Assembly (NCBI GenBank): GCA_000934665.2
Contig: JYFJ02000421.1
Span: 124,001 to 149,591, forward strand
Source: Catajapyx aquilonaris
Lineage: Eukaryota
Direction: 5' to 3'
Length of the DNA stretch: 25,591 bases
Of this stretch, positions 22,599 through 25,591 are shown in pieces. The stretch's first letter is position 1; every line of letters starts with the position of its first letter. The translations under genes were made by a program, and so were the position numbers. The notes beneath the pieces were generated by a model. It was not told the origin of the DNA and searched no databases. It saw nothing but the letters and a program-made list of their open reading frames with translations.

Positions 22599-23018
22599 GC
22601 CACATAATTATGTAATTGTGAGACAACTGCATGAAAGTGAATGCGACAGAAACGAGGGAAATGATCGTCGTGAGGCTGTTTTATACTAAAATGATAACTT
22701 ATACTATATAAAAGCACCGTAGCCAGGACCCAGGAGGTGGACATCGTGCCAGGAAATGGACACCAGGATCTCACTTATTTGTGTACCAATCTTAAATATG
22801 GAAGCGGCATTTTGTCACACACATCGTATATTTCATGTACATGTTGAGATCAAAGAAATATTTCAATTGGAAGTAGCTTTTTCGGGCCCAAGAGCAAAAT
22901 GCAATGTAAAACCTCATAAGCGGAACCCGCGGAACAGGACACCAAATTACTTCCAAATATAATTAAAATATTAATTTTTAGAGTAATCAGGGTAAGCAGG
23001 AATATAATACCTTAGTGT

Positions 23019-23358
23019 GTGGAGGGGAGGCGGAGTGGTGCTGCGGTAACGTATGCGCCCACGGATGTTAAGGTCCCGGGTTCGATCCCAGCCCCCTTCA
23101 TCTCGGTCAGAGTTCAGGGTCTGGCTTCGTCTCGGGTAGTATTTCCAACAGACTAAACCACCCGGGGGAGTTCACCAAAAATGGCCACGTTTAAGACATT
23201 TCACTGCACCTTGCACATCCCCTCCTGTCATCCTGCCCGTGGGCCCTGGCATTTCAAAAATATGGTCTATGTACTACAAGTTACAATAAAGGTCCGTGCC
23301 GCATACCCTACAGGGTCAGGCACTACCCAAGAGTTATTATTTATTATTATTATTATAT
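23019..23358 (+). mobile_element. tRNA-derived SINE, family A copy 2, full length, (TTA)n tail
   Basis: A box TGGTGCTGCGG at 23036-23046, B box GGTTCGATCCC at 23079-23089, and a (TTA)n tail at about 23334-23356. TSD TACCTTAGTGT at 23008-23018 and 23359-23369 (16 bp with one mismatch). Homologous to 9240-9599. Confidence 0.92.
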
Positions 23359-23649
23359 TACCTTAGTGTACATCGAAAAATAAAATTAATTCTATCAAAA
23401 TTAACCGAATTACAGCTGTTTTACACTTCCCTGGGCGCAGGAGTAGCAAGGCCGATGTCCACCATCCTATTGGCGACGCGACGCGACGGTTACATTTGCA
23501 GTAGTTACTTTCATAGATTATTATCAAAAGTATTTTCTTGATAAAATCACATATTGAGTTTTCATTCAGGAATTGAATAGCAATTTTATGATATTTGACA
23601 TTCCAATTGGTCCTATTTATAACCCTTTTTTGTGGGCAAGAACCCTATA

Positions 23650-24073
23650 CAGGGTGTATCTGAACTCAGTGCCCCGACGTATATGACTGCCTTCCTAGCC
23701 ACCAGAGGATCGATTTAAGTATAGGAGTCGTATGTCTGGGCAGCCTCATTACGGAGATAATTGGCCGCAAACATGTAGTACAAAATATCCTGTCGGTTAG
23801 GCCACCCATCGAACCCTCCCCCAGTCAGAAGGCTCTGGAAGGTCTGGGGGCCGGACTTTGTTGGTTTGTTGCCCACAGGTGGTAAGGCCTCTTTGGCTAG
23901 TTACACCAGAAAATTCTATTTAAAAGTCAGAAGGAGCGATTAGGCAAAAATCGCTAAAGAGTGTATCTCAGTAATGAGGCTGACCAGACATATGATTCCT
24001 ATACTTAAATCGATCCTCTGGTGGCTAGGAAGGCAGTCATATACGTCGGGGCACTGAGTTCAGATACACCCTG
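23650..24073. mobile_element. Young MITE, 110-bp TIRs, CAGGGTG terminus, TA TSD (maT-like Tc1/mariner)
   Basis: TA|CAGGGTGTATCTGAACTCAGTGCCCCGACG...CGTCGGGGCACTGAGTTCAGATACACCCTG|TA. Arms 23650-23759 and 23964-24073 differ at 4 positions, all in the inner third. Confidence 0.95.
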
Positions 24074-24818
24074 TATACAAGCACTTAAAAAGATGCGTCT
24101 ATTCAGTCTAACATAATATATTAGCTAAATTATTTCGATAACATCCTATATATGCGAGCAACATTGGGAAAGCAATTGTTAAATACTTAAAAGTATAGAC
24201 AGTATAAAACAGTAAGAAGCTGTAGACTGCAAAGTTAAGAAATTACTTTTGGTGTAGTCTTTGATCAACAGCCTGATTTAAATTTTAAAAAATTCACACT
24301 GTGTATAAACATCATTTGTTTAGCATATTGCCTTAGCCCTCCCCCTTCCTTCTCATGTAACGCCCTCTCATAATAGTCGCACGACAACACAAAGAAGCAG
24401 TGAATATATCGCTTGCGTCCAAAACTGTAACACTTTTCTTGCAAAACGAGGTAACGAACCATGGGGAGAAATTTGGGCTGGCCATTCCTGGGAAAGAACA
24501 AATCCGCCAAGGTCACGCAAGACTTTTGTGAGCAATTGCACATTTTTAGCGTTAAAAACTAAGTGATTAATTGCTTATTTTGTTATTAGTTAGAAAAATA
24601 ATTATTTCTTTCCAGCGAACTATGTTCCTGTTACCTCATCGTAAATATATGTGTCTGGAGGAAAGAAAGTAATAATAATATTAACATCTGCACAATGTGC
24701 AACCTTTCATGTAAATAAATATTTCATGCATGATGATTATATGTAGGCCACAGTTTATGATGTCTTCCTGTTTATTGTAAATATGGATAATCTGCATAAC
24801 CTGTAGCTCTTACACTTT

Positions 24819-24819
24819 C

Positions 24820-24856
<37 letters not shown>

Positions 24857-24869
24857 TCACGACATTTCC
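24819..24869 (-). mobile_element. (CAA)12 microsatellite, probably the (TTG)n tail of an extremely truncated retroposon
   Basis: (CAA)n at 24819-24856 followed by TCACGACATTTCC, bracketed by the direct repeat CTTACACTTT at 24809-24818 and 24870-24879. Confidence 0.6.
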
Positions 24870-24963
24870 CTTACACTTTACACTTTCGCTGGATAAAAAA
24901 GGAAGTAATGTAGTTTACAGTACTTGAAGGAGCGTCTATATACTCACAGTCGTATGTAACTAT

Positions 24964-25041
24964 TATGTAAGAGTTAGAAATAACTGGTTTAGACATGATA
25001 TATCATGTCTAAACCATGCAGTTATTTCTAACTCTTATATA
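24964..25041. repeat. Loopless palindrome, about 78 bp
   Basis: Perfect 32-bp core TGGTTTAGACATGATA|TATCATGTCTAAACCA (24985-25016). Outer arms TAAGAGTTAGAAATAACTG and CAGTTATTTCTAACTCTTA are offset by a 4-bp indel. Confidence 0.88.
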
Positions 25042-25048
25042 CGAATAG

Positions 25049-25068
25049 TAAGGTGCTGCAGCACCTTA
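25049..25068. repeat. Perfect 20-bp palindrome
   Basis: TAAGGTGCTGCAGCACCTTA. Confidence 0.9.
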
Positions 25069-25591
25069 TTGTAGTGTATTTACGCATGAACTTGTAGATA
25101 CAGTATAGGAGTGTGAAATTTGTAGCTCTGATGAAATAATCTACTGCATTAACTTGGCAGATGGCGCACATATTCTGGGCAATCTTTAGGGCGATGATGG
25201 ATGAGTGTATGTAGCCTGCAGTAGTCCCTCGTTTGTTTTCTGGCTCTTCGTGTGATATATGCGTCTATAGTCTGTCAATATTGCTCTGTAGTACAGTATC
25301 AGGGTTACAAAACCTAATAGCGTTTTACAGTGTAACATGTACTATACATGGAGGAGCAGGGTGTGCAAATCCTCTCAGTCGAATATACGCGTATAAGGTT
25401 TCTTGCGATAGGCCATATTACAAGACAAAAATACAAATTAATAACTTACAAAAAATACCCTTGTTGATTTGGCAACTGTGGCTCCTATGCGGACAATACA
25501 ATGGGGAACTAGCCTTCATTTTGGAAACTACATAATAAATTCGCCCATATTTTTTGGATTTTTTTGGCATATTCCGTTTTAAGATATCAGT

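Noticed and set aside
1..25591. CRISPR array, operon or other prokaryotic or viral system
   Set aside because: No regularly spaced direct repeats and no long ORFs; the content is typical eukaryotic repeat-rich non-coding DNA.

Overview
Eukaryotic, AT-rich, non-coding DNA, probably from a marine invertebrate and possibly an echinoderm (inferred from repeat types and the recurrent TAGGCCTA motif). I recognise no intact host gene, RNA gene or CRISPR array. The window is a dense collection of transposon relics. It holds two heavily decayed but nearly full-length RTE-clade LINE ORFs arranged head-to-head (about 1580-4215 on -, about 5640-8220 on +). There are three tRNA-headed SINEs with clean target-site duplications (TSDs): two copies of one family and one V-domain SINE. 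There are also three 5'-truncated retroposon tails with TSDs, an internally deleted mariner transposase relic, and about ten MITE or foldback palindromes (CAGGGTG/TA type, a TTAA piggyBac type, and one inserted in a (CA)n tract). The most interesting signals are three. First, a covarying 3'-terminal RNA structure (CCCCTA-hairpin-CACGGGGTA) is shared by three otherwise unrelated retroposon insertions. Second, a different covarying 3' hairpin appears in the paired SINEs. Third, TAGGCCTA and TACAGTA/TACTGTA words are strongly over-represented and look like transposon excision scars. All alignments and counts were done by eye.
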